Origin: Nitrospirales bacterium
GTDB taxonomy: Bacteria > Nitrospirota > Nitrospiria > Nitrospirales > UBA8639
Length of the DNA: 64,000 bases
Assembly: GCA_965203295.1 (NCBI GenBank)
Contig: CBDBCZ010000017.1
Location: 192,001-256,000 of the forward strand
Direction of reading: 5' to 3'
A program made the translations under genes and the position numbers. Positions 51,914-63,780 of this stretch are shown one piece after another (position 1 is the first letter of the stretch; every line of letters starts with the position of its first letter). The notes under the pieces were generated by a model. That model saw only the letters and a program-made list of their open reading frames with translations, was not told the origin of the DNA and did no database searches.

Positions 51914-52049
51914 GTATAGGATATACCACGTCTACGAGGAGTATAAACGCAGATATACTCCGCTAGACGGTTTACCCGAGGCGATAGCCGAGGGTAAACA
52001 GGTATATCGCGTTTATACTCCGAGTAGGCGTGGTATATCCGGCTTATAC
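51914..52049. mobile_element. Palindromic hairpin element
   Basis: ggatataccacg...gtttaccc-gaggcgatagccga-gggtaaac...cgtggtatatcc. Confidence 0.7.
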
Positions 52050-52405
52050 AACATTTGACCAATCAGTGGAGTTGGTACCCAGAAACGCTGGGCTAGCATT
52101 CCCAGAGGCAGCAGTTATTTACGATGTCATAATACATGAAAACATAAAAGTAGTATAATAAAACATGAAAACATAAACGTAGTATATGACCCTACATGAA
52201 AACATAAACGTAGTATATGACCCTTTATACTCCGCTTCTGCTCCAATCAAACACCTTGGATGTGATGTAATGTGGTATAATTATAGTAACAAATGTCATT
52301 CAATACATAATAAGCAGCTATAGCTAAGAGGTTATAATACTAATAGCGTGAAACACTACATGTATAGTTAATTGTCTCCAGAAGGCTATAGGTCACAGCC
52401 AGTTT

Positions 52406-53599
52406 TCATTCGCAACTGGTACCGGTAAAAACATACTCCCCTGACACTGGGTCTTGTGACAGGGTCACCACTAACCCACCTGGGAACATATCAAGATCAA
52501 ACGTTGTTGGAGATAAAACGTTATCGGGGTTGAATACTTGAACCACTCCAAATGACAGACTATTCTGCAGTTGAAATTGCGCCTGCTGACCAATTTGCAC
52601 ATCTTGCTGAACCAGTAGATTATTATCCTTGTACAGACCAACGTTGCAGGGAAATTTGGCGGCATTATCCACCGCAATAGCTCCATCGGGGTTGGATATC
52701 GAAGAAACTGCAATCAGAAAACCAGCACAATGCACTTAATAATATTACCAAGTTCTGTGTTCTATATGTGACACTTCTATATCTGGATTCGCTGTCTGTT
52801 CTGTGCATTGAGCACTACTAACACGTCTACACATTCCATTAAAGTTGAGGATGTTTTTTTTCTAAAAAAGTAATTTTCTAATGTGTACGTACACACATTT
52901 ACTACTGATTGCAAGACCACATTGCACTGCATGGGGTTAACTTTGTTGCACCCATGCACCAGGCTAGAGATAACAAAAATAAGCACGACTCGTGCCTTTG
53001 ATCCACCTACGCAAAACCCTAATCTTCTAATGTAGCAGTCATACCCTAGATGCACCACATTTTGGTAGCAAAAATATATGGTGGTCGCTTGTTACCAAAT
53101 GTAAGTGGTCGAATTGTACTGAAGCTGCAAAAGAACAGCAACAGTTGAACGGGTTTGTTCACAGCACAAATAATATAGCTCCGTAACTATATTTATCTAT
53201 GATAGACTAAGTACACGCAGCTGTGCTATAATAATTAAACAAGGACATTCAAGGCAAACACTATACCGGGAAATAGTTATAGTACATTAAGCTTATACAG
53301 CTGCTGTAAGACGCACCTTCTTTTAATACAGCAGCGCTGAAAGTGCTGTCTAAGACTTGTTCAATTTCCCAAGTGCTTCCCGGTTGAGCTGGGAACGGTC
53401 CCATCGTAATCTTTACATCGTCTTGAAAGTAGTAGGCACCGACTTCAGTACTTGCGGGATACACAAATTCAGCCTTTGTTTGAGCAAACAGGTAACGCCA
53501 TGCTACCTTCGAATTCGCCTCGTAAACTACCACATGGAAGTCTACAGAACCAGTACTGTTGATGTAGATAACAGAGAAGCCTTGCGCTGGTTCAGACAT
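52406..53599 (-). CDS. RhiA/'LigA'-like protein, paralog D, no presequence (~194 aa)
   Basis: Exons 53599-53317 (MSEPAQGFSVIYINSTG...AVLKE) and 52707-52406; same phase-1 intron as in A-C. Confidence 0.82.
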
Positions 53600-53865
53600 C
53601 TTGATCTTTCTACGAACGCGTCGTGAACAATCACTGATAGCTAGATCTACACCAAGACGTCGTGAAAATGGGAGTACATGTACTTTATGATTTGAACAGC
53701 AGGAAGTTCCCATAAGTCAATTACTGACGTGCAAGGGGTAGTGTAATCATAGATAATATTATCTATGGTGTAATGAAGAGTGGGCTTATATGCACCAGTA
53801 GTAGTTTGCAACTTAGATGTCGAGCCTTAAGACTATCCCTGACACTCTATACGCGTATACAGCAC

Positions 53866-54500
53866 ATTCGTTCGCGCAAAGTTAGAATCAGTTTGATATA
53901 AAGTGTATGCAGAGTCAAAGTAGAACAGCAAAGGGATAAACAAAGGGATGAAAAGTCTCAAGTGCTATAAAAACAAAAACTACTGACAATGGTTACAAAA
54001 CCAATCGCCAACATGACATGCTTTAAAATCTACACATCTGTAGTGAAACCAGTTGTCACAACCATCACAGGCAACTACATTGTCAAATGAGTCCAAGAGC
54101 TGAATGCGACACGAGCTGGAACCCCCTCGTCTTTACCCAGTGCCTAAACTTCGGGCTGTAGTCTTCCTGGTCTCCATCTTTGTTGAGTAGGTTGATGATC
54201 TTCTCTCCTTTGGCTCTGGTGATTGTCTTGCTGCCTTTAATGTCACTCTCAATGAACGACACTCTGCAAAACTCTTCGAACTTCTGCCTTTGGCTGGCCA
54301 TTTCTGACACTGCATTACTGTTCGAGCGTGGCATTTTTATAGCTAGCTTAGACGTGTCAAAGGTCATAGGTTTGCGCAACATCGCGCGTGCGCAAAAGTT
54401 GAATGGGCTGCGCAATCCCGGGATTGCGCGCCAAAGTAAGGATTCCTATTTTGCGCAGCGCAATCCTAGGATTGCGCAAATTCCTGGTTCGCGCGGAACA
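53866..54500 (-). mobile_element. Ginger/NOL4-like integrase N-terminal fragment in a deleted DNA transposon
   Basis: The ORF piece SKTITRAKGEKIINLL...KFRHWVKTRGFQL resembles the NOL4/KRBA2-type integrase-associated N-terminus; the right end reads TGTTCCGCGCG on the minus strand, with a degenerate counterpart near 53868. Confidence 0.55.
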
Positions 54501-54926
54501 TATATACGCGTTCCCGCAGTGTTGATGATGACACATCGCATGGCCAACATTATACATTAATTCTGACAAACCATGTAGGTGTGTATTTTCCTCCTGCTCT
54601 GCTATGCATTTCTAAACGTTAAAAAACTATTTTTAAATGAAATTTGTTAACATTTTCCATCTAAGCAGCCAATTCCCCCCCCCCCCCCCCAAAAAAAAAC
54701 AACCAAAAACAAATATGTTCAAGTACATGTAGGCGGAACACAAAAGACGAGAGAGAGGGACAGTTTTTGAGATAGGAGGGGAGAGAGTTTCAGGAAGAGC
54801 ATGCGAAAGGGACAATAGAGCGAAGGAACACCAAAGTATAAGCAAAGGGAATAAGATGGTGGCAGAGAAGAACTAGCCGCCGCGGTGAAACCGTGGTCGG
54901 CGGCCTCGAGCGACCACGGCAGTATA

Positions 54927-55169
54927 CGGTCCACGTGTGCGGTAACAGAGCAGGCGGTTCAGTCAATGAACAAGCTTGTGCGCTCACCGAACAGGCTGTT
55001 CAGACAGCGAACAGCCCTGCGCGGTCACCGAACAGGCGGTTCGGTCAGCAAACAAGCCTGTGCGCTCACCAAACAGGCTGTTCGGTCACCGCACAGGGCT
55101 CTTCGCTGATCGAACAGCCTGTTCGGTGACCGCAGAGATATCACTTTCGGTTATCGCACACGTAGACCG
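54927..55169. mobile_element. MITE with internal ACCGAACAGGC repeats
   Basis: TA|CGGTCCACGTGTGCGGTAAC ... GTTATCGCACACGTAGACCG|TA. Confidence 0.75.
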
Positions 55170-55426
55170 TATATACTAATTTAAAAGAACAGCAGGGGAA
55201 GAATATGTATTCATGGTGGAAAGAAGACCATAAGTGTCTTAGATTTGCAACAAATAATATTATATTGAGACCATATACATGTAGTACTGTTATACTGTGC
55301 TTGCATGCTTGTTCTATTAAGAGAACCAATTCTTAAAAACAAAACAACCATCTAGCTAAGTATTGCGTAAAACACCAATTCATTGTTTTTGAATGGCTAT
55401 CTCAGTCATTGATTTCAGTGCAGTCA

Positions 55427-58400
55427 CTAGCTGCTGGAGAAAATGTACTTCCCTCCGTCTGTCTCTTTAGTGAGGGTCACCACTAACCCACACGGGAACT
55501 GATTGAGATCAAACTCTGTGCGAGCCAGAATGTCTTTAGAGCGGAATGTGTCTCCCGAAGATATCACCTTGTCTTTTGGGACCACTCCAAACGACAACCT
55601 TGGCTGTAATTGAAAATTCACCTGGTCACCAGGAGGTACATCTTGCTGAACCACCAGCAGATTGCCATTCTTGTACAGACCAATGTTGTACATTTCTTCA
55701 CTGCTTGGCGAATAACCGAAAAATGATTCCCAGCAGGAGCTCGACGAGTGTTCTGGTTGAGCCTCGTTTTTCACCACAATAGCTCCGTCTGGGTTGGGAT
55801 CCCCAGAAACTGTAGCCAGAAAGACAACACAATGTCCAGTTTTATAACTGCACAACGAACTTAATAAACCTATTAATACCTTTGCATTACGTATAAGGTA
55901 TACCTAAATCTGATATGCTGGTATCCTGCAGATTTAGCCTTGCACCACTTAAGCACTTAGCACCATGAGGCAATAACTGTTACAGCAGTCATAGACTTTT
56001 AACCCATTATCAACCATAAGAAACAACTTAAAGAAGCAGAATTGCCTGTACTAAGTATTAATGCCTAATATTAAAACCCCATATAAATTCATATGTCATT
56101 GGTTGGTAAAGAGTTGAAAAAGGTTTCGCTATATTATGTATCATGATAACACTTATTAATTGGTCTAAATCAGTCATTTGCCTCTGTTTTGACTCAAGAC
56201 TGGCTAATAGAGACCATGACTCTGTTTTGACTCAAGACTGGCTAATAGAGACCATGACTCTGTTTTGACTCAAGACTGGCTAATAGAGACCATGACTCTG
56301 TTTTGACTCAAGACTGGCTAATAGAGACCATGACTCTGTTTTGACTCAAGACTGGCTAATAGAGACCATGACTCTGTTTTGACTCAAGACTGGCTAATAG
56401 AGACCATGACTCTGTTTTGACTCAAGACTGGCTAATAGAGACCATGACTCTGTTTTGACTCAAGACTGGCTAATAGAGACCATGTATTATAGAGAGGTGG
56501 CTATTAGCTGGAGTCATCTCCATCTCCTATCCCTTTGTGGATCGATATGGTTTAAAATATAGTTAGCTGATTTAATCGTGACACCTGCACGATGGCCTGA
56601 AGCCCACCAGGATGGGGCAAATTTAGCCTCGATCCCAGGCTCTTATCCGGCTTTTCGTTGCTTGCAGTATGTTTTTAAGTATGTGGTGTCAAATGCTTCA
56701 ATATGGTAATACCGTATAGCCGGAAAATTTGGCGAGAATTAAATTTGGCGAAATCGCCAAAAACGGTTAAAATTAAATATTGGCGAAATTTAAATTTGGC
56801 GATTGTGTACAGCGAAGGCTATGACGTAATCTAGCAATATATATTGCGTATTACGTAATCCTAGGCACACAACGTGCAACGCTGCTGAACATGCAAAATT
56901 TTTTTGTCACTGAGCTCGACAATGGAGACGTTGGATTCGCCGATCTTACTATCCAGAAGCTTCGAGAAGTGTGTAGCGGCCTTTGTCGCTCCGTTGTCAG
57001 CGGCATACTTTCCAATTTGTGCCCTTTCTTGCGTGTAAGTGTTATACTTGCCTCGAGGTGACCGTGTGACAGGCTTCAAGTCTCCGGATAGAGAGCGCTT
57101 TACAGCTTTGTTTGCGAGTTCGATATCCTTCCTGGACAGAGAGGAAACACGTATGTGGAGTGGGAACAACTTCCTTGTACATGTAGCTGAATGCGCGCGT
57201 GGGTGTTACGTAATACACAATGCGTAAGAATTTAATTTGGTGAGAATTTAATTTGGCGATTTTTTACGATTCGCCAAACCGCCAAATTAAAGTCCTCGCC
57301 AAATTTTCCGGCTATACGGTATGGTACATTATCACCGAACCCATCAAACTAGTTAGTGGCTATTTGGTTGTGGTTTATAATTAGACTAACTAATTACATT
57401 CCACATCAGCCCCACCTTAATGTGGCGGGCACATTGTTTGAATATAATTTATATGCAGTCACAGGTGTGTGTTCCCTCCCGACAAAACATGTCATTACAG
57501 AGCTATCATGTTCCATCAGGAATTTTGATTGCATTACTGCATTCAAAGTGCTATTTGGCACTTATTATAATTAAATTAAATACTGCTAGTGCTGTGTGCA
57601 TGTAACTGCTTCATACTTTGCATGATTTCATTGGTATACCTCAAACATACTGCTTTGTTGGCCAGCTACTTGTACCCACTGAATTGAGTTTATACAGACT
57701 CACGTCCAGAACCCCTATATTTCTAAATCACAGGTGGCTTACACTTTTGAGCGCAGTAAGCTTTTTTTCACATAGCCTACCTGTAGCAGCTACATAACTT
57801 AGCCTGTAGAGCCAACTTGATCCTGCATTACTGAAAAGAACACGTCTACTTGCAATGAATGCGTGCAACAGCACCAGTGTTGTAGTCGCGAGTGACTCCC
57901 ATCGCCAATGACCCCCGGTCACTCATGACTTGGCACAAATGACCCCCGGTCACTCATGACTAGGTACAAATGACCCCCGGTCACTCATGACTTGGCACAA
58001 ATGACTCCCCGGTCACCCACGACTTGGCACAAATGACCCCCGGTCACTCACGACTTGGCACAAATGACCCCCGGTTACTCGTGACTAGGTACAAATGTCT
58101 CCCCGGTCACTCACGACTTGGCACAAATGACCCCCGGTCACTCGTGACTAGGCATAAATGACTCCCTGGTCACTCATGACTAGGTACAAATGACCCCCGG
58201 TCACTCATGACTAGGTACAAATGACTCCCTGGTCACTCGTGACTAGGTACAAATGACTCCCCGGTCACTCGTGAATAGGTACAAATAACCCCCCGGTCAC
58301 TCGTGACTAGGTACAAATGACACCCCGGTCACTCGTGACTAGGTACAAATGACCCCCTGGTCATCTACCCCCCGGTCACTCGTGACTAGGTACAAATGAC

Positions 58401-58998
58401 CCCCTGGTCATCTCAGATGACCAGGGGGTCATTTGTACCTAGTCACGAGTGACCGGGGGGTCATTCATCTGTGCCTAGGAACGAGTGACTCCCCCATGCA
58501 TCGCACCAAAATCTATGCATGTTGTTAGAAACCTGTATATAGATTAGCTAGCTATCCCCAACTTCTACCCACCAACGGGGATCTGACATGCACTGCATGC
58601 ATGCAAGCGATCGCTATAGTAAGTGGGCAGAAGTTGGGGGTGCATGTAGCGAGCTAGCTAATTCATGAATATGAGTAGTTAATTATTAAAGACACACCTT
58701 CTTTTAATACAGCGGCACTGTGACTGTTTTCTTGTTCAATTTCCCAAGTGCTTCCCGGATGAGCTGAGAAGGGGCCCATCGTAGTCTTTACATTGTCTTG
58801 AAAGTAGTAGGCTCCGATTTCAGAGCTTGCGGGATAAGTAAATTCAGCCTTTGTTTGAGCTGCCAGGACATACCACGCCACGTTCGTCTCGAAAACTACC
58901 ACATGTACGTCTGCAGAACCGGTAGCATTGATGTAGGTAACGGAGACGTCTTCTTGCGCACTACCGGTATCAGACATTTTGCTATACTTCGCAGACAT
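55427..58998 (-). CDS. RhiA/'LigA'-like protein, paralog E, no presequence (~220-227 aa)
   Basis: Exons 58998 (or ATG 58977)-58698 and 55809-55427; same phase-1 intron; exon 2 has a Ser/aromatic insert. Confidence 0.78.
56182..56484. repeat. 8 x 38-bp perfect tandem repeat
   Basis: Unit ctctgttttgactcaagactggctaatagagaccatga. Confidence 0.95.
56712..57319 (-). mobile_element. pogo-like DNA transposon deletion derivative with transposase HTH remnant
   Basis: TA|CCGTATAGCCGGAAAATTTGGCGAG TIRs at both ends; internal RGKYNTYTQERAQIGKYAADNGATKAATHFS. Confidence 0.8.
57907..58465. repeat. ~31-bp tandem array ending in a perfect palindrome
   Basis: About 15 units of aaatgacccccggtcactc(a/g)tgactaggtac, then an inverted copy centred at ~58414. 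Confidence 0.9.
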
Positions 58999-60077
58999 CT
59001 TTAATTAATTGTCACTATAATCATGACAAGCAGACTTCCTGCCAATAATAATAGTCACTTTGTATAAACAAATTTGTGGTTTGGCTGAGCCTATCAAGAA
59101 TTCCGTCTACTGTACCCTGTTGCAGCGCGTGCATGCCTTGGGGGCGTGCGCTGTCTGGTGTGGGAAAAGTCTGAGCTCCAGTGATAGCTACCTACTGACT
59201 TGGAAAGAGGTGACTTAGGTGACTACGCATCTCTTGAACAAACAGTACAAATATCTATTTAATAAATTGCCAATAATTTTGAAGGAACTAGCTAATGACA
59301 TGATGCATAGAAACACTTTAAAAATATATTTAAAATTCCATTTCCCTATATATAATAGCCTCATAAAAGTTGTGCGGAGGCCTGGGAACAAGTAGTCTCG
59401 CGGTCATGCAGACTAACTTGCGAGACTATAGGGAACAGGGTGATGACATCATTCCCTAGCCTTGTACCCATCTGCAGCAATTTTTGTGCACTTCACACAT
59501 AATCAGATTTAGTTTTAGTAAAAATGCTATAGTAAAGAAAAAAAATGTTTTCGTATATTGAGTCGACAATCACTCCCATGCACTCAAACAGATCCGATCT
59601 GAGAGGTCGACATGTGGCCAGCGAACAAGATTTCATGCAATATTCTTCTCCATCTTGCTCCCAGCTGTATATACATAACAATGTATGTATACTACAGCAG
59701 CGCTAGCAGTAATGTCTAACTTATAGACCTGGTCACAGAACTCCTGGACCATGGTACTCACATTAGAACCACTATTTTAAAGCTACTTAATGGATAGCAA
59801 ATTCAGATTGTTCGATTTGTAACAGCTATACATGTATAGATAAGAGACCGACGTCTGAAGGCCAGTTTTAAATTAGATAATTCTTACAGTACCCCTTAGG
59901 TAGTGCATGTATGTACTAACCTTCATACATACAATCATAGCAGTATATTTAGGGTCACATACAGTACCAAATGTCACTACAATAACCAGCCAGTTTAGAA
60001 GCCTAAAACACTACTGTAACAGTCATGTAATTCATTGTCTCTGGAGGGCTATAGGCCACAGCCAGTTTTCAGTGCAA

Positions 60078-61420
60078 TCATTCGCCACTGGTACCGGTGA
60101 AAACGTACTCCCCTGAAGCTGGGTCTTGTGAGAGGGTCACCACTAACCCACTAGAGAACTTATCGAGATCAAACTTTATTGGAGACATGACTTTATCGGG
60201 ATCGATTACCTCTCCAGCACTCATATTCTGAACCACTCCAAATGACAGACTATTGTGTAGTTGAAATTGCACCTCCGTACCAAAATGCACATTTTGCTGA
60301 ACCGCCAGTAGTTCATCATTCTTGTACAGACCAATGTTGTACGCTTCAGACTTGGCTGCAGCATTTTTCACCACAAAAGCTCCATCGGGGTTTGATTCCG
60401 CAGAAACTGCAATCAGAAAACCGATTAAAACTGTTACAATGCATGCAGTAAATGATTCAGAATCAAATGCTGTGTTATATCACTGTAGATCTAGAATCTG
60501 TCCATTGAACACTACACTATTAATGGCAAGGACGCTTTTTCTTTTTAAAAAATTCTATAGAAATGCATGTGTCTACACTAGTCTAGCTAGCTATCCCCAA
60601 CTTTTACCCACCTAGGGATCGCTGGCAGTATCTCAGCAAGCGATCCCTAGGTGGGTAGAAGTTGGGGATAGCTAGCTAGACTATGTCTACACAATTTACT
60701 GCTTGCATAAAGACAGCTAGTGCACTGAGGGTACATGTAGCGTTGTTCCACCCATGCACCAGGCTATAGAATGAGCACACATTGTGCCTTTGATCCGCCC
60801 ATGCAAAATCCTATTTAAAAGTACAGAAAGCAGTAGTCAACATTCCACACCCTTACATTATGTGCACCCTCTACTATAGTTATACTGCCATATTTGGCAA
60901 CAAACGACCACATAATTATACAGAAACTGTCAATCACCGAATCAAACTGAAGCTACAAAAGAGTGGCAACAGTACTCAGACGTAGTAGGCAACAGTGGCT
61001 CCAAGCTATAGGCAGATTAATATTTGTAGACAGCAGTGACGGTTGATTACTAGTTGTTCACAGTACAGGCAGCTGTATAGGACAAGGCAAACCGCTATAG
61101 CCATACAGCAGCTCAGTGCCTGTAAGTTACTGTAAGTTTCATATAATTTGGAAAGACGCACCTTCTTTTAATACAGCGGTGTTGTAACTGCCTTCTTGTT
61201 CAATTTCCCAAGTGCTTCCCGGTTGAGCTGGGAACGGTCCCATCGTAATCTTTACACTGCCCTGAAAGTAGTAGGCTCCGATTTCAGTACTTTCGTGATA
61301 CACGAATTCAGCCTCTGTTTGAGCAACCAGGACACGCCATGCAACATTCGTCGCATAAACGACCACCTGGAAGTCCACAGAACCAGTATGGTTGATGTAG
61401 GTAACAGAGATGTCAGACAT
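60078..61420 (-). CDS. RhiA/'LigA'-like protein, paralog F, no presequence (~195 aa)
   Basis: Exons 61420-61162 (MSDISVTYINHTGS...AVLKE) and 60406-60078; same phase-1 intron. Confidence 0.85.
60579..60683. mobile_element. Palindromic MITE with TAG...CTA ends and 9-bp TSD
   Basis: TGTCTACAC flanks both sides (60570-78 and 60684-92); near-perfect hairpin; degenerate relative at ~58545-58660. Confidence 0.8.
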
Positions 61421-61615
61421 TTTGGTTCAACGCCGATCAGCAGGAAGTTGCTTCCCGTAAGTCAATAATTATTTAATAACTACTGTCGACGTGCCCGTAT
61501 ATAGCTATAGAAGAATGTCATCTACATACAGCTACATGCAGAAGGAGAGAGAAAGCGGTTACAAAGGCCATTAATGAAAAGAAGGGGACCAAGAACTCAA
61601 TGACATGCTTTTTCT

Positions 61616-62600
61616 GGTGTACCTCAAGGATTTATTCTAGGCCCTCTTCTCTTCATTTGTCTTATTAGTCGTTCTGATATTCCCCTCTCTCCTTCATCTA
61701 AACTTATCTTTTATGCTGATGACATTCTTTTTCCCACCATTGTAATTCTCCCTCTGATATCTCTCTCATTCAATCTGATATTGACTCTATATTGCTTCGT
61801 GGATCTCTGCTCACTAAGACTAAATACATGACTTTATTTCTTTTAAATCTCCAGCTTTCTTCTCTACCTTCTCCTCTTGTACCTCAATGGATCTCTTCTT
61901 GATCAAGTCTCGTCTTTTAAATACTTAGGCATCATTATCTCTTCCAATCTGTTTTGGACTCCCCATCTCCTTTCCACCTCTCGTAAACCAAGAAAACTTA
62001 TTGATATCTTTTATTGCCTCTTCTATCGACACTCCAACCCTTCTTCTCTACATCACTCTTATCCGCCCTCATCTTGAATATTGCTCTTCTGTCTGGGACC
62101 CCTCCTCTTCTGCTACCATTTCTCAACTCGGAAACATACAATTCTTTGCCCTAAAACTCTGCTCTAAAAATTGTTCCTCTGATTATTCCTCCTCCCTACA
62201 TCTGTTTAACTGTCCCTCTCTCTCTTCACGTCGTAAAAAAAATCCAAACTACTTCCCTTTTCAAAATTATTAATGATTTTATGTTCTTCCCACCTAACTC
62301 TTTTCGCCCTCTACTTCCCTCATCCATGCTTAATACCCATTTTTTTCACCCTCGAAACTTATTCGTCCCTCGTTAATTGTCCACTCCTTTCCTTTGTTCC
62401 CAACTCCTGTTCCCTCTGGAACTCTCTACCTCCTCACCTTAAAGACTGTAGTTCATTAGCTTCTTTTAAATATTATATAAGTATATGTAATCTACAATTT
62501 TGAGTTAACTGGTGTATTTATTATTATTTTTCTGTCATACTCTTAGTATTAGCTTATTTGCTAATGAGCATGTCATTACCCAATAAAAAAATGACAAAAA
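61616..62600 (+). pseudogene. 5'-truncated, decayed non-LTR retrotransposon (LINE) RT
   Basis: GVPQG.ILGPLLF, YADD, FKYLGI and YITLIRPHLEYCSSVWDP motifs across frameshifts; A-rich tail near 62585-62610. Confidence 0.85.
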
Positions 62601-63166
62601 AGGAAAAAGAACGTACAGACCCCTGCATGAGGTATCACAGAAAGATAATGAGAAGTACAGATATCAGCTTTTGCTTGGCAGAGATATTTCCGTGAATCGG
62701 TACACGTGCATGCAAGATATATGTAGCTCTAAAGCACAGGAAAGAAGTGCATGAACCCGTGTTCTGGTCCCACATGTAAGGACTTGGGAACCGTTGGAGC
62801 TCTGTTTGTGTTAGCGTGTTTGTGTGGAAGTCAGGGCAGTTAGGTGCAAAACACGCACAGCATGCATGGCTTCTAATTATTAATTCTAAATTATTATAAT
62901 AGTGATACATCAAAAGATGAAGTGCAATCACAAGAGAACACTGCATTTCACCAACTTCCTACAACACAGACCTTAGGCAATGAACATATCCAACCAGCTA
63001 CCGCATACACCATGCATGATCAAAAGAAGGGTCATTGACAAGACCCCTGACAAGAAAGGAAGGTAGCTATAATACTGCTATATGGTATGTACATGTAAAT
63101 GAAATAAAGCCTTAATTGGCTGTAATTGAACATTCACACACATGGTCGGTCCTTCAGACTATACAG

Positions 63167-63330
63167 ATCCCAACCCTGCACGATGGATCTATTGTGGTGA
63201 AAAACGAGGCTCTGCCAGATAACCCCGGCTGCTGCTGTTAAATTAAACTGGCAATGTTTCTGCTGCTGTTGTTCAATTAGTGATGGAAAGTATTACAACA
63301 TTAGTCTGTACAAGAATAGCAATCTACTGA
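63167..63330 (+). pseudogene. Inverted relic of a paralog-E-like second exon
   Basis: gatcccaaccc...tctattgtggtgaaaaacgaggct (IVVKNEA) and tacaacattagtctgtacaagaatagcaatcta (YNISLYKNSNL), with frameshift and stop. Confidence 0.7.
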
Positions 63331-63780
63331 ACTGTCTTCAAATATTAACTGCACAATAAGTGGGGACGCATGCTCCATGGTGTTAGGACATATATCAGAT
63401 ACGTCCCTTGTGGATATTATATAAAGACTAGCTTGCAGGCTAAGAATCACCCATGTCTATTAGCCTGCATGAGTCATTGACACACTCACTTGACAATGTG
63501 TTTTTACTTCTGTATCAATATTATTGATATGTATAGCATGCTGTTTGATTAATATTAAAATAGCTAGCTTAGAGACTTACATCAGATTCTGATTCGAGGC
63601 CGCCATGCAGTTTTTAATCCTACATTTCCTTATATAGGTAGTGTAACATATATTTACAGCTGTATAAGGCATACCGCGTTTAGGCATTCATATGGCAACA
63701 TCAAAATTAATTGCCTAAAAACAATACATGTAGTTCATTGTCTCTGGAAGGCTATAGGCTACAGCCAGTTTTCGGTGCAA

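Noticed and set aside
53600..53713. N-terminal extension of paralog D from ATG 53713 as a targeting peptide
   Set aside because: Not homologous to the A-C presequence and not conserved in E or F; the ATG lies in the conserved upstream motif, and 53599 matches the E/F starts.
56182..56484. Regular 38-bp repeats resembling a CRISPR array (also 24985-25447 and 7188-7800)
   Set aside because: Units are contiguous with no unique spacers, there are no cas genes, and the context is eukaryotic.
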